From NCBI GenBank assembly GCA_037446695.1, contig JBBIHY010000001.1, forward strand, positions 134,376 through 198,375: 64,000 nucleotides of DNA, given 5' to 3'. Numbering within the stretch: position 1 is the first letter of the stretch; each line of letters begins with the position of its first letter. Both the position numbers and the translations under genes were made by a program. Under the pieces are notes generated by a model. It did not search any database. It had not been told where the DNA came from and saw only the letters and a program-made list of their open reading frames with translations. The DNA is from Bacteroidota bacterium (GTDB lineage Bacteria; Bacteroidota; Bacteroidia; Bacteroidales; PUMT01). Positions 10,722 to 19,766 of the stretch are shown here, in pieces.

Positions 10722-11717
10722 TTATTCCACCATCAGGTTACACCCCCTGATGTCACTGTTTTCAATGCGGCCATTGATTTCAAAACCCCCATCAGGTAAA
10801 ATTCTTCCCAGGTCGGAGGTTTGTATGAATGAACAGGAATAGATATTGGCCAAATCAGTTATATTGACACCTCCTGTTATACCGGCAGGTATCAGCGAAA
10901 AAGGGTCATAAATATCCCTTATACTTATTTTCATCCATGGCGGAGAAAAATATTTTCCTTCACCTTGTGAGTAAGCCTGTGAAAGAAGTTCTGTCATACC
11001 GTATTCGGAGTGAATTTTCTTTACCCCAAATGCATTTTGGAGCTTTATATGTAATTCTTCCCGTGTAAGTTCCTTTCTTCGCCCCTTCATTCCCCCGGTT
11101 TCCATTATCATTATGTGGGAAAGACTCATTGGAAATTTTTCTGCCAGGTCCAATAAGGCAAAACTGACGCCCAGCAAAATGGTTTTCTGCTTTTTCTTTT
11201 CAAGTGAGATAATCAGCTCTGACAGTTCCAGCAGATTGTGGAGATAAAACCCGCTGTGATTGTGCCGGGACAATTCAATCAATTTTTTTGTCATGTAAAT
11301 CAGTGAAGAGTCCTCGCGTTCCATATACGACGGGAGTAAGGCCAGGATACAATAGTCTTCAGGTTCTCCGTAAAACTGTCGGAAGGCTTGCAGGAAACTT
11401 CTTTCATAAATGGCTACATACTTTACAAAGTGCCTGCTGGTTTCCATGTCTGTGGTACCACTGCTGGTGAAAACAACTTCAGGTTCCTCACCAAAGGATT
11501 TTACAAGGTGGGTTTTAAAAAACTCTGCAGGCAGGTGTGGAATATCAGAAACCTTTCTGACAGAGACTGGATTAATTCCTAGTGCGGAAAGGTATTCTTT
11601 GTAAACAAGGTTATTCTCAGCCTGAAAAGCAAATACCTTCAGGGCGAAAGTTTCAAAATCAGCAGGGTTTGTTATTTTGAATATGTTTTCAATCAATAAA
11701 TGAGGCAAAGCTTGCAT
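10722..11717 (-). CDS. LuxE-like acyl-protein synthetase / acyl transferase
   Basis: FTSSGTT, METGGMKGRR, SEYGMTELLSQAY, IQTSDLG, RGCN. Confidence 0.85.
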   Translation of the reverse strand: MQALPHLLIENIFKITNPADFETFALKVFAFQAENNLVYKEYLSALGINPVSVRKVSDIPHLPAEFFKTHLVKSFGEEPEVVFTSSGTTDMETSRHFVKYVAIYERSFLQAFRQFYGEPEDYCILALLPSYMEREDSSLIYMTKKLIELSRHNHSGFYLHNLLELSELIISLEKKKQKTILLGVSFALLDLAEKFPMSLSHIMIMETGGMKGRRKELTREELHIKLQNAFGVKKIHSEYGMTELLSQAYSQGEGKYFSPPWMKISIRDIYDPFSLIPAGITGGVNITDLANIYSCSFIQTSDLGRILPDGGFEINGRIENSDIRGCNLMVE

Positions 11718-11732
11718 GTTGTCAGGTTCCTG

Positions 11733-11999
11733 TTATGGTTTCCTCACATAGTCAATATTAAGCAGATGCTCCAATGCAAGGTTTGTAAATTCCGTAACAT
11801 CAAGGTTGTAATCTCCGGCCAGCTTTTCAAGTTGTTTAAATGTATCGGGCTTTAACTCAACAGAAAATGCAGGGGGGCTTGCCCTCTTTTCCGCTTTTTT
11901 GCGAGGGGGGGCCTTTTCTTTGGTTTCACCAGCTATGAACTTGCTCTGGGAAAGCAGTGCCTGCCGGAAATCCGTTATGTTTTTTTTATCTTTTGCCAT
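11733..11999 (-). CDS. Small ParA-partner protein, probable ribbon-helix-helix C-terminus
   Basis: ATG 11999 overlaps the parA 3' end; basic flexible N-terminus then FSVEL strand and two amphipathic helices. Confidence 0.6.
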   Translation of the reverse strand: MAKDKKNITDFRQALLSQSKFIAGETKEKAPPRKKAEKRASPPAFSVELKPDTFKQLEKLAGDYNLDVTEFTNLALEHLLNIDYVRKP

Positions 12000-12750
12000 A
12001 CTTGTTAATGATTTCTTTTGCCAAATCAAGGTAGTCCATTGCGCCCCGGCCGTCGGGCAGGTACTCAAATACGGTTTTACCAAAGGCTGAACATTCCATG
12101 AGAGAAATATCCTGACGGATGGTGGATTTCAAGATTTTATTCTTCAGTATCTGGTTGGATGTGATATTGGAAATAACAGCCTGGCTGAACCTTGTTTTTT
12201 GCGACTGGCGCACAAATACAATTCCTGCCAGGTCCAGGCCGGGATTCAATCTTTTCTTTACTTTTTCGGCGATCTGCAGAATTTTGTCCAATCCTATAAA
12301 TGCAAAATTTTCGGCCTGCATGGGCACAATGTAAAAATCGGCTGCAACCAGTGAATTAACAGAGAGGGTTCCCATGCTGGGAGAACAATCAATTATGATG
12401 TAATCATATTTGTTCCGCACCTTATCCAGTGACTCTTTCAGTAAAGTCTCCCTGCCGGGCTCATTGTCAATTTTGTTGATAAAATCAGGGAGATTTTCCG
12501 AGGACGAAATCAGTGATAGTCCGTTGCTGTGAATAATGGTTTCTTCAGGAGTGGATTGCCCCAGCAGAAGCGTGCCAATGTGATTCTTACGGCCATCCAT
12601 CCCAAGGGAACTGGTGAGGTTACACTGGGTATCCAAATCCACCAGCATTACCCGTTTTTGCAGCGTTGCCAATGCGGCCCCCAGGTTAAGCACTGTGGTG
12701 GTTTTTCCCGTGCCTCCCTTGTGGTTTATTACTGAAAAAATCAAAGCCAT
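11986..12750 (-). CDS. ParA/Soj family ATPase
   Basis: Deviant Walker A KGGTGKTT, VDLDTQ, IIDCSP. Confidence 0.92.
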   Translation of the reverse strand: MALIFSVINHKGGTGKTTTVLNLGAALATLQKRVMLVDLDTQCNLTSSLGMDGRKNHIGTLLLGQSTPEETIIHSNGLSLISSSENLPDFINKIDNEPGRETLLKESLDKVRNKYDYIIIDCSPSMGTLSVNSLVAADFYIVPMQAENFAFIGLDKILQIAEKVKKRLNPGLDLAGIVFVRQSQKTRFSQAVISNITSNQILKNKILKSTIRQDISLMECSAFGKTVFEYLPDGRGAMDYLDLAKEIINKYGKR

Positions 12751-12821
12751 AGAAGGTTTTGTAGATTATGCCGGAGGCTAAATTAATAAAAAAAACCAAG
12801 TCATTGCTAATACCGGGAATA

Positions 12822-13601
12822 TTAAACAGGCTCAAAACAAACAGCCCTTACAAGCAGTTTTGTCACCGAACCGTTATGATAATCTCCCCTTGTATCAAAT
12901 ATCCATTCCCATTCTTCAGAGTTTTTCGTTGGAGGGAATTCGATAATGATATTCTGTTTCTCAATGAATTCTTCATTATTGTCATGGTAGGTTTCTGAAA
13001 CATCGGTAATAAGGCAGGAGGGGTAACGGCTCACCATATTCATATGGGTTTGCTGAATTCTTTTTCTGAACCGAAGAATCAAATCCCCGGCGATTGTCAT
13101 GTGGTCTTCAATAAAATCGGCAGGAAAGGCATCAAGTTGTGATAACAGGTTATGTGAAATAACAAAATCAACATCCTTACCCGGGGTAAACTGGCAAGAG
13201 GGAATCTGTTCAATCATCCCGGGTTTGTTTTTCCTGTACATTTCCCAGGTTTCCTGCAAGGCATTTCCGGTAATATCGCTGAAATGAAACTCAATTTTTT
13301 TATTGCAGGCCTGTTTATGGTAAATCTGTGCAGGGTGAATTACATCATACAGAAGTACTTTTTTAAACCTTTCAAGTAAAAAATCCATTGGGAGGTATAA
13401 TTGCCAGCCACTGCCCAGTACTGCAATTTTATCGCCTCTTCTGTCACCAATGGATTCAATGATGAATCTCCGGGAGTTTTCAAGATGTGATTCCCAGTTA
13501 CTTTTTTCGGAAAGGTACCGGTGAATGTATCCTTCCTGGTCGGCCGGGAAGCCCATTTTTTTCAGCATCCGCCTGTATGGATCAAAAAGTTGTAACATCA
13601 T
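12822..13601 (-). CDS. Conserved hypothetical protein, possible Rossmann/SAM-like fold
   Basis: 259-aa ORF in the operon; IAVLGSGW followed by an acidic LLYDVIHP strand. Confidence 0.6.
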   Translation of the reverse strand: MMLQLFDPYRRMLKKMGFPADQEGYIHRYLSEKSNWESHLENSRRFIIESIGDRRGDKIAVLGSGWQLYLPMDFLLERFKKVLLYDVIHPAQIYHKQACNKKIEFHFSDITGNALQETWEMYRKNKPGMIEQIPSCQFTPGKDVDFVISHNLLSQLDAFPADFIEDHMTIAGDLILRFRKRIQQTHMNMVSRYPSCLITDVSETYHDNNEEFIEKQNIIIEFPPTKNSEEWEWIFDTRGDYHNGSVTKLLVRAVCFEPV

Positions 13602-13635
13602 TTGTGATTTTGATCAAGCGGGAAAAATCAATGTC

Positions 13636-14379
13636 TCAGTTTTCCAGTTCCTGCAGCAATTTTTTGTGCTCTTCCACCATTATTGTTCTCACTTTTTGAG
13701 TTAGTTCATCCGCGGTCAGATTTGCAAATTCTTCATAGGGGATTGGAGCCAGAACCCGCAATCTCATTTTTCTGTTTAGCCGAAGTACAAAACCTTTTTT
13801 TGGTGCGGCGGCACCAGTTCCATGCAGGATTATGGGCAATAGGGGTTTTTTGGTTCGGAGAGCCAGGTGAAAGGCACCTTCCTTGAAATTTCTGAATTCA
13901 TTGGTGAGCGACCGGGTTCCTTCGGGGAAAATCATGACAGAATTTCCCCGGGTAAGATTTTTTTCAGAATCCCGCATCATTTTCATGAAACTTTTCGTAC
14001 TGCTGCGGTCCAGCCTAATATAGCGGTTCAGACTCATATTCCATCCAACAACCGGCAGCCTGAAATTCTCCACTTTTGATACCCATTTGAAATGAACAAA
14101 AAGCGAATACAATGCCAGAATATCCAATACGGATTGATGATTTGATACCATAACATACGGTACGTTTTTACGGATTTTTTCCCTGCCCTCAATGGTAAGC
14201 TTCCAGAGCGGATTGAGTGTAATATAAATGCTGGCCCAGAAACAGGAGTACTGGTGAAGTATTTTCATTTTTTTGTCAAAGGGGAAAGTAAACAACCAGA
14301 TGAGGACCGCCGGAATAAACATTACGGTGCAGGAAACGGCAGCAAAAATCCAGTAAAACAATGAGAATATAGTAAGCAT
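13636..14379 (-). CDS. plsC: 1-acyl-sn-glycerol-3-phosphate acyltransferase (PlsC family)
   Basis: NHQSVLD (HX4D) and IFPEGTRS. Confidence 0.9.
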   Translation of the reverse strand: MLTIFSLFYWIFAAVSCTVMFIPAVLIWLFTFPFDKKMKILHQYSCFWASIYITLNPLWKLTIEGREKIRKNVPYVMVSNHQSVLDILALYSLFVHFKWVSKVENFRLPVVGWNMSLNRYIRLDRSSTKSFMKMMRDSEKNLTRGNSVMIFPEGTRSLTNEFRNFKEGAFHLALRTKKPLLPIILHGTGAAAPKKGFVLRLNRKMRLRVLAPIPYEEFANLTADELTQKVRTIMVEEHKKLLQELEN

Positions 14380-14474
14380 AGGGTATAATCAATTAATACC
14401 CAAATTTATGAAAAAAGCAGCAAACCGTTTGGTTTGTCATCCGGTGGATGAGGTAAAAGGGGATTTTAACCTGA

Positions 14475-15134
14475 TTATGCCTGATTCTGCAGATCTTTTC
14501 TGAATTCTGTAATAATGAATTTAAGTAACCTGGCATTGCCTTTTAAATAATAACTGGCTGCATACCGGTGTAGTAAATCCGTGAAAGACTCTGACCATTT
14601 TAGCAGGTGAGACTCCAGAAAATCCCTGATATCTCTGAGTATATTTAGATAAATATCAGACTGATTTTGCCCTGCGGCATCCCGGGCTTTTTTCAGCAGC
14701 CAGGCTATGAATAACAACTGGTAACCAATATGATCATCGGGAATAATATTCAGTTTATCAATCCTTAATCCATACCTTGTATAAAAATTCCTTACTTCAA
14801 TGGTTTGCTTTTCAAACAACAGGTGCTCTTTGCTCAGATAAACTGACTCATATGGAGGCACAAGCATTTTATCGGTTCCATAAAAGAGCCTGAGATATTC
14901 ATCCCTCAGTGCATAAACCTGTGGTTCTTCCCACTGCAGGGCAAAATTCTGCAGCAATTTTAATCCGTTCTGCAAATCAGGGTTATCTGCCTTGAAAGGA
15001 AACGCAAAGTACAATTGGTTCTCCACTATTTGCTGAATGAATTTCTCATCGGGTTCATTCAGAAATACTTCCGAGAGGTAGCCAAAAAGCACCTGGTAGT
15101 TTTCCAGTAATTTGTTCAATGAGGAATTTTGCAT
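14475..15134 (-). CDS. dmsD: TorD/DmsD family molybdoenzyme chaperone
   Basis: PPYESVY and PDDHIG signatures; follows dmsC. Confidence 0.9.
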   Translation of the reverse strand: MQNSSLNKLLENYQVLFGYLSEVFLNEPDEKFIQQIVENQLYFAFPFKADNPDLQNGLKLLQNFALQWEEPQVYALRDEYLRLFYGTDKMLVPPYESVYLSKEHLLFEKQTIEVRNFYTRYGLRIDKLNIIPDDHIGYQLLFIAWLLKKARDAAGQNQSDIYLNILRDIRDFLESHLLKWSESFTDLLHRYAASYYLKGNARLLKFIITEFRKDLQNQA

Positions 15135-15143
15135 TTACAAATT

Positions 15144-15971
15144 TCAAATACCAAAACTCACATAACCTGCATAAAAAAAATATCGTCCAGTGATTTCTGA
15201 AATTACCAGAAGACCTGCCAGAAAGTAAAACAAATTACCCTGAAAAAGATTTTCGGGGGGTCTTTTTCCCATGAACCAGATAACCAAAAGAATAGCTGCC
15301 AGAAGAAGGGAAACGGCACGCACCATATTTAATATTAGCAATATCCACGAACCTGTATAAGAAATCGCAGAGGTTATGAATAAAAGGTTAATTAACTTGA
15401 TAAACAGAAGAATGGGAAGAATTATCAAGAACCAGGTCGCTGCTTCTTTGGGTGCTTTTGTTTTACCAATCCCTGCGACAAGAACAAGACCCAGCAAAAA
15501 GGAAGTTGTAAAAAATTCGAGCAGGGTGGAGGGAGAATTCCATGGAGGAACAGTTGGCAACATGTAAATCTTCGCCATCGAGAAAACAAAAGCCAAACCG
15601 GTAAGGATCGTAATCAGGGAAATTACCCGGCCGGAAAACTTCCCAGGGAATCCCCTCCATTCCAAAATAGTCACCAGTACCATTAATCCTGTGAACAGCG
15701 AAGCAAACAAAATTTCCCTGCTTAGCCAGGAGCCCTTGAGGTTACTGAGAGAATATACTGCATGCCAGGGATTTCCCAGGTGAAGAAAGGAAACCAGCAA
15801 TGCCAGTGCTGCAATTCCTGAAAAGACCAGGTAAGGACTGAGGCTGTTTTCGCATTTTAACAACAGGTTTGATGAACTGAAAATCCGCGGCAGTTCCCAG
15901 AAAAGGAATGCACCGACTGTTGTTTGAGCCAGGAGAGTGAAAAGCAACAAGGACCATTCGCTGTTTGCCAT
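15144..15971 (-). CDS. dmsC: DMSO reductase membrane anchor subunit
   Basis: EWSLLLFTLLAQ, SFLHLGNP, SWLSREI, EITGRYFFY; start at ATG 15971 behind an AGGAGGT RBS. Confidence 0.9.
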   Translation of the reverse strand: MANSEWSLLLFTLLAQTTVGAFLFWELPRIFSSSNLLLKCENSLSPYLVFSGIAALALLVSFLHLGNPWHAVYSLSNLKGSWLSREILFASLFTGLMVLVTILEWRGFPGKFSGRVISLITILTGLAFVFSMAKIYMLPTVPPWNSPSTLLEFFTTSFLLGLVLVAGIGKTKAPKEAATWFLIILPILLFIKLINLLFITSAISYTGSWILLILNMVRAVSLLLAAILLVIWFMGKRPPENLFQGNLFYFLAGLLVISEITGRYFFYAGYVSFGI

Positions 15972-15972
15972 T

Positions 15973-16590
15973 TTATACCTCCTCTTTATTAACGATATGG
16001 GCATTTCTATACCCACTGGGTTTTGATACGGGATGTGGCCTGATTACAATCGCCGGTTTTGTATAGGATTTCAGGGGCAGCGGGTAAATTTCTCCCTTAT
16101 TTCCGTGTTTTTCCTCCAGTTCTTCAAGTATTCCAAATTCAAGCACTCTCATCGGGCAGGCCGAAACACATGCCGGTGGTTTGCCTTCTTTCAGGTAGTC
16201 AATGCAGAAGGTGCATTTGGTCATTACCCCGGTTTCCCTGTTGAATTGGAGGGCTCCATAGGGGCAGGTCCATTCGCAATAATGGCAGCCCATGCATCTT
16301 TTCGGGTCAATCAACACAATACCGTTTTCATCCTTTGATATGGCAAGGTTGGGGCAGGAGTTCATACAAATGGGCTCCTCACAGTGATTGCATGCAATGG
16401 ACAGGTTATAGGCGAAAACCTCTGATACCCAGCTTGCTCCTTTGGGTACCCAATCCCCGCCGGCCACTTCGTACACCCTCCTCCATTTTACATCCGCGGG
16501 CAAATCATGCTTGTCCTTGCACGCCACCTGGCAGGCTTTACATCCTGAACAGGCAGAGGAATCAAAGTAAAATGCAAGCTGATTTTCCAT
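15973..16590 (-). CDS. dmsB: DMSO reductase 4x[4Fe-4S] subunit
   Basis: CSGCKACQVAC, CNHCEEPICMNSCP, CMGCHYCEWTCPY, KCTFC...CVSACP. Confidence 0.93.
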   Translation of the reverse strand: MENQLAFYFDSSACSGCKACQVACKDKHDLPADVKWRRVYEVAGGDWVPKGASWVSEVFAYNLSIACNHCEEPICMNSCPNLAISKDENGIVLIDPKRCMGCHYCEWTCPYGALQFNRETGVMTKCTFCIDYLKEGKPPACVSACPMRVLEFGILEELEEKHGNKGEIYPLPLKSYTKPAIVIRPHPVSKPSGYRNAHIVNKEEV

Positions 16591-16592
16591 GA

Positions 16593-18971
16593 TTATACTT
16601 TTTCAATTTCCACCATCATGGTGTGCTGGGTATTCCCAAATGCCAGCGGCGACCATTTATGTGAGGTAAGTACATTAATGTTCCCTCTTGTGTCCACTCC
16701 GTTTTTGTCCGGTGTAAACCATCCACCCTGGGGAATATTAACCACACCGGGTATGATTTTGGGTGTAAGCCTGCAAGGGATCTCCATGGCACCACGGTCA
16801 TTATAGATTCTCACTTTGTCCCCGCTTTTTATTCCTCTTTCACCAGCATCTATCGGGTTTATGAACACCCTTTGCGGAAATGCTTCTTCCAGCCAGTCGA
16901 TACCATCATGCGTGGAATGCACCCTTGGCATGTAATGATGGCCTATTGCCTGAAGGGGAAACCTTTTGCTTTCTTCGCCAAATGGACTTTCCCATTCCTG
17001 AATGTATTTAGGTACAGATGGAATTTCCTCAGGCCGGTTCATATCATGCAATCTTTTTGAGAAGATTTCAATTTTCCCTGAAGGTGTATTGAGTGGAAAT
17101 TTTTCCGGGTCTTTCCTGAAATCCCTGAAGGCAACTTTTGGCTCGGTTACCGGAAGTGAATAAACCCCTGCATTGGAATTCTCCAGTTCGTTCAGTGAAG
17201 GAATATCAGGAAACCTGGTCTGTCGGTATCTTTCAACAGCCCATTCAATCCAGTCCCTCTCGGAACGGTTCAGGGTGTATTGCTCCTGTAAACCCAACTT
17301 TTCTGCCAGTTCACTGCAAATCCGGTAATCGCTTTTGGTTTCAAAAGGAGGCTCCACGATTTTGGGCATCAAAATTACCTCGTCACCGTACTTCCAGCCA
17401 TCCTCCAATCCCCAGGTTTCAAATTGTGTGCAAACCGGTAATACCAGGTCAGCATATTTTCCCGAGGGAGTTAGAAACTGGTCCTGTACTGCAATAAATT
17501 CCACCAGGTTTTCGTCGGCCAGTATTTTTGCTGAGCGGTTCACATCGGCATGCTGATTGATGAGGATGTTGGAGGCAACACTCCAGATAAGTTTAATATT
17601 ATTATCCAGTTTTTCTGCTCCGCGCACCCCATCCTTTGCAGTCATTTCCTTTCCGTGCAGGATGACTTCTGTCCACAGGAAAACAGGAATCTTCGCAGTG
17701 ATGGGGTTTCTGCCCGTGGGGAACACATTCCAGAATGGCCCTCCATCATCCGCCTGCAGGGCAATACCGCCTGCCCATCCTCCGGGAATTCCCACATTCC
17801 CGGTAATTGCAGCCAGCACACAACCGCCTATAACGGGCTGTTCGCCATAGGCCCGGCGCTGCATACCATATCCCTGGTAAAGCATGGCTGGTTTAATGCT
17901 GCCATAATCAATTGCTATTCTTTCAATTGTCTTTGCAGGAATACCTGTAATGGGTTCTGCCCATGCCGGAGTTTTGGGTATTCCATCGTGAGTGCCAAAA
18001 ATATAATCGTAATAACTTTCTTCGTTTTCGAGGCCCTGCGGCATTTGCGATTTATCAAAACCAAGGCAGCAGCGACGGATAAAATCCTTGTCGTGCAGGT
18101 CCCTGCTGATGATTACATGAGCCATGGCGCTCATAAGTGCCACATCTGTACCTGGGCGGATGGGTACCCACTCATCGGCAAGGGATACAGCACTCATCGA
18201 CATGCGGGGATCGATGCAGATCACTTTCGCGCCGTTTTCGCGCGCTTTTTTAATGAAAAATTCACTGTTGGTTCCGTCCCGCATCTCAGCAGGATTCCAG
18301 CCCCACATAATGATATATTTTGAGTTCACCCAGTCCTGCCGCTGGTTGCCGGTAACAGCAGTTCCATATACATAGGGTGTAGCCTGACTGATGCATGCCC
18401 ATGAGTAGGAGTTGTAGTAGCCGAGTGAGCCTCCAAATAAATTCAGCAGCCTGTCAGCTGTTTGCCTGCCGTTGATTTGATTGTAGCTGCCTGTTCCATA
18501 GGGCAGATATATGGCACTATTTCCATATTTCTCCTTTACCCTCTTTAATTCTGAGGCCAGCATGTCCAGTGCCTCGTCCCACGATATTCTGGTAAATTTT
18601 CCTTCACCGCGTTTCCCTGTCCGTTTCATGGGGTACTTCAGCCTGTCGGTGTGGTACTGGCGCCTGCGGTAGGCTCTTCCCCTGATGCAGGCCCTCAACT
18701 GGGGATCAGAAATGTCATCAGTTGGCCTGTCATCGGTTTCAATGCGGGTGATCACACCATCCTTCACAAACGCTTTCAGCAGGCAGCGGCCGCCACAATT
18801 GTGTGCCGGACAGCCCACCCGCATCATCTTCTCCCTGTTTTCCTCCAGGGTAGCCGTTTCATCCAGGCCAAGTTCATGCATACAACTTATCAAGCCACCC
18901 GAAGCAAGAATCCCTCCGCCAAGTACAGCACTCCATTTAAGAAAATTACGACGGTCGAGTTTATTGTACAT
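16593..18971 (-). CDS. dmsA: DmsA/YnfE family Mo-bisPGD catalytic subunit
   Basis: Tat motif DRRNFLK, CPAHNCGGRC...ACIRG FS0 motif, SWDEAL, TPSGKIE, RVHSTH. Confidence 0.92.
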   Translation of the reverse strand: MYNKLDRRNFLKWSAVLGGGILASGGLISCMHELGLDETATLEENREKMMRVGCPAHNCGGRCLLKAFVKDGVITRIETDDRPTDDISDPQLRACIRGRAYRRRQYHTDRLKYPMKRTGKRGEGKFTRISWDEALDMLASELKRVKEKYGNSAIYLPYGTGSYNQINGRQTADRLLNLFGGSLGYYNSYSWACISQATPYVYGTAVTGNQRQDWVNSKYIIMWGWNPAEMRDGTNSEFFIKKARENGAKVICIDPRMSMSAVSLADEWVPIRPGTDVALMSAMAHVIISRDLHDKDFIRRCCLGFDKSQMPQGLENEESYYDYIFGTHDGIPKTPAWAEPITGIPAKTIERIAIDYGSIKPAMLYQGYGMQRRAYGEQPVIGGCVLAAITGNVGIPGGWAGGIALQADDGGPFWNVFPTGRNPITAKIPVFLWTEVILHGKEMTAKDGVRGAEKLDNNIKLIWSVASNILINQHADVNRSAKILADENLVEFIAVQDQFLTPSGKYADLVLPVCTQFETWGLEDGWKYGDEVILMPKIVEPPFETKSDYRICSELAEKLGLQEQYTLNRSERDWIEWAVERYRQTRFPDIPSLNELENSNAGVYSLPVTEPKVAFRDFRKDPEKFPLNTPSGKIEIFSKRLHDMNRPEEIPSVPKYIQEWESPFGEESKRFPLQAIGHHYMPRVHSTHDGIDWLEEAFPQRVFINPIDAGERGIKSGDKVRIYNDRGAMEIPCRLTPKIIPGVVNIPQGGWFTPDKNGVDTRGNINVLTSHKWSPLAFGNTQHTMMVEIEKV

Positions 18972-19195
18972 TTTCCAGCAAAAAAGATTTACTAATGTAA
19001 AAAACCTGATTTAAAAACCTCATGAAATTGATCATATTCTAAGTATAAATAGTTTGAAAACTCTTGCATGATACTTTCATATTTCTTAATTTTATAACTG
19101 ATATAAATTTTTCCTGCAGATATTTTCTAAGGAAAAAAGTAAGGTAAAAAGAGATTAAAGTATTAATAGTCAAATAATAAACTAATTAGGTGCAT

Positions 19196-19762
19196 ATGAT
19201 TAGAATCCGCTATGTTTTTTATATTGTATTGCTAATCTTTGCTTTAAGATCATGTACCGGATGTTGCGAAGATCCACCCGAGGTACCGTTTGATTTCACA
19301 AGTATTGAAACGCTGGTCCCCGAAAATGCCTTTGCCGAAGAAATACATTTAAAAATCACTCTTTCGGATACCACAGATCACTTTTTAGGTTCTGCATTAT
19401 TTGTTCCTGATTTTGGCTTTACGAATGCCTACGGACTTAGTTGCAATGATTTATTTTTTGTACCTAATCAAAAGGTAAAAGGTATTATGATAGAAACCTT
19501 GTATGATATTTCACCATTATTGCCTGCTGGCACTGATGTTTCTGATAATTTCTATGCCCGCGATTTTCTGTATTACAGCCTGGATGAATTAATAAGCAAA
19601 TTGTCCCAAATTGAAGTTTATTTTTCTCCGGAATCTGTTTTTTCAGTTTTTCTGAAGGAGAAGGTTGAAAACAGCATGGCCAGGTTCAGGATTGAAATTG
19701 AATTTACTGATGGCAGGTCAATGACAGACACAACTGCTATTATTCATATCATAAATAAGTGA
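19196..19762 (+). CDS. DUF5034-like secreted/lipoprotein
   Basis: Signal peptide ending LRSCTGCC; PAGTDVSDNF and C-terminal IEFTDGRSM patterns. Confidence 0.6.
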   Translation: MIRIRYVFYIVLLIFALRSCTGCCEDPPEVPFDFTSIETLVPENAFAEEIHLKITLSDTTDHFLGSALFVPDFGFTNAYGLSCNDLFFVPNQKVKGIMIETLYDISPLLPAGTDVSDNFYARDFLYYSLDELISKLSQIEVYFSPESVFSVFLKEKVENSMARFRIEIEFTDGRSMTDTTAIIHIINK

Positions 19763-19766
19763 ACTT

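Noticed and set aside
10722-11717. luxE-like gene as a sign of bioluminescence
   Set aside because: No luxAB/C/D here; LuxE-like genes are routine in Bacteroidota.
17550-18323. Long antisense ORFs (17550-18323, 35538-36269, 37614-38264, 41969-42601)
   Set aside because: Shadow frames of well-supported genes with no recognisable motifs.
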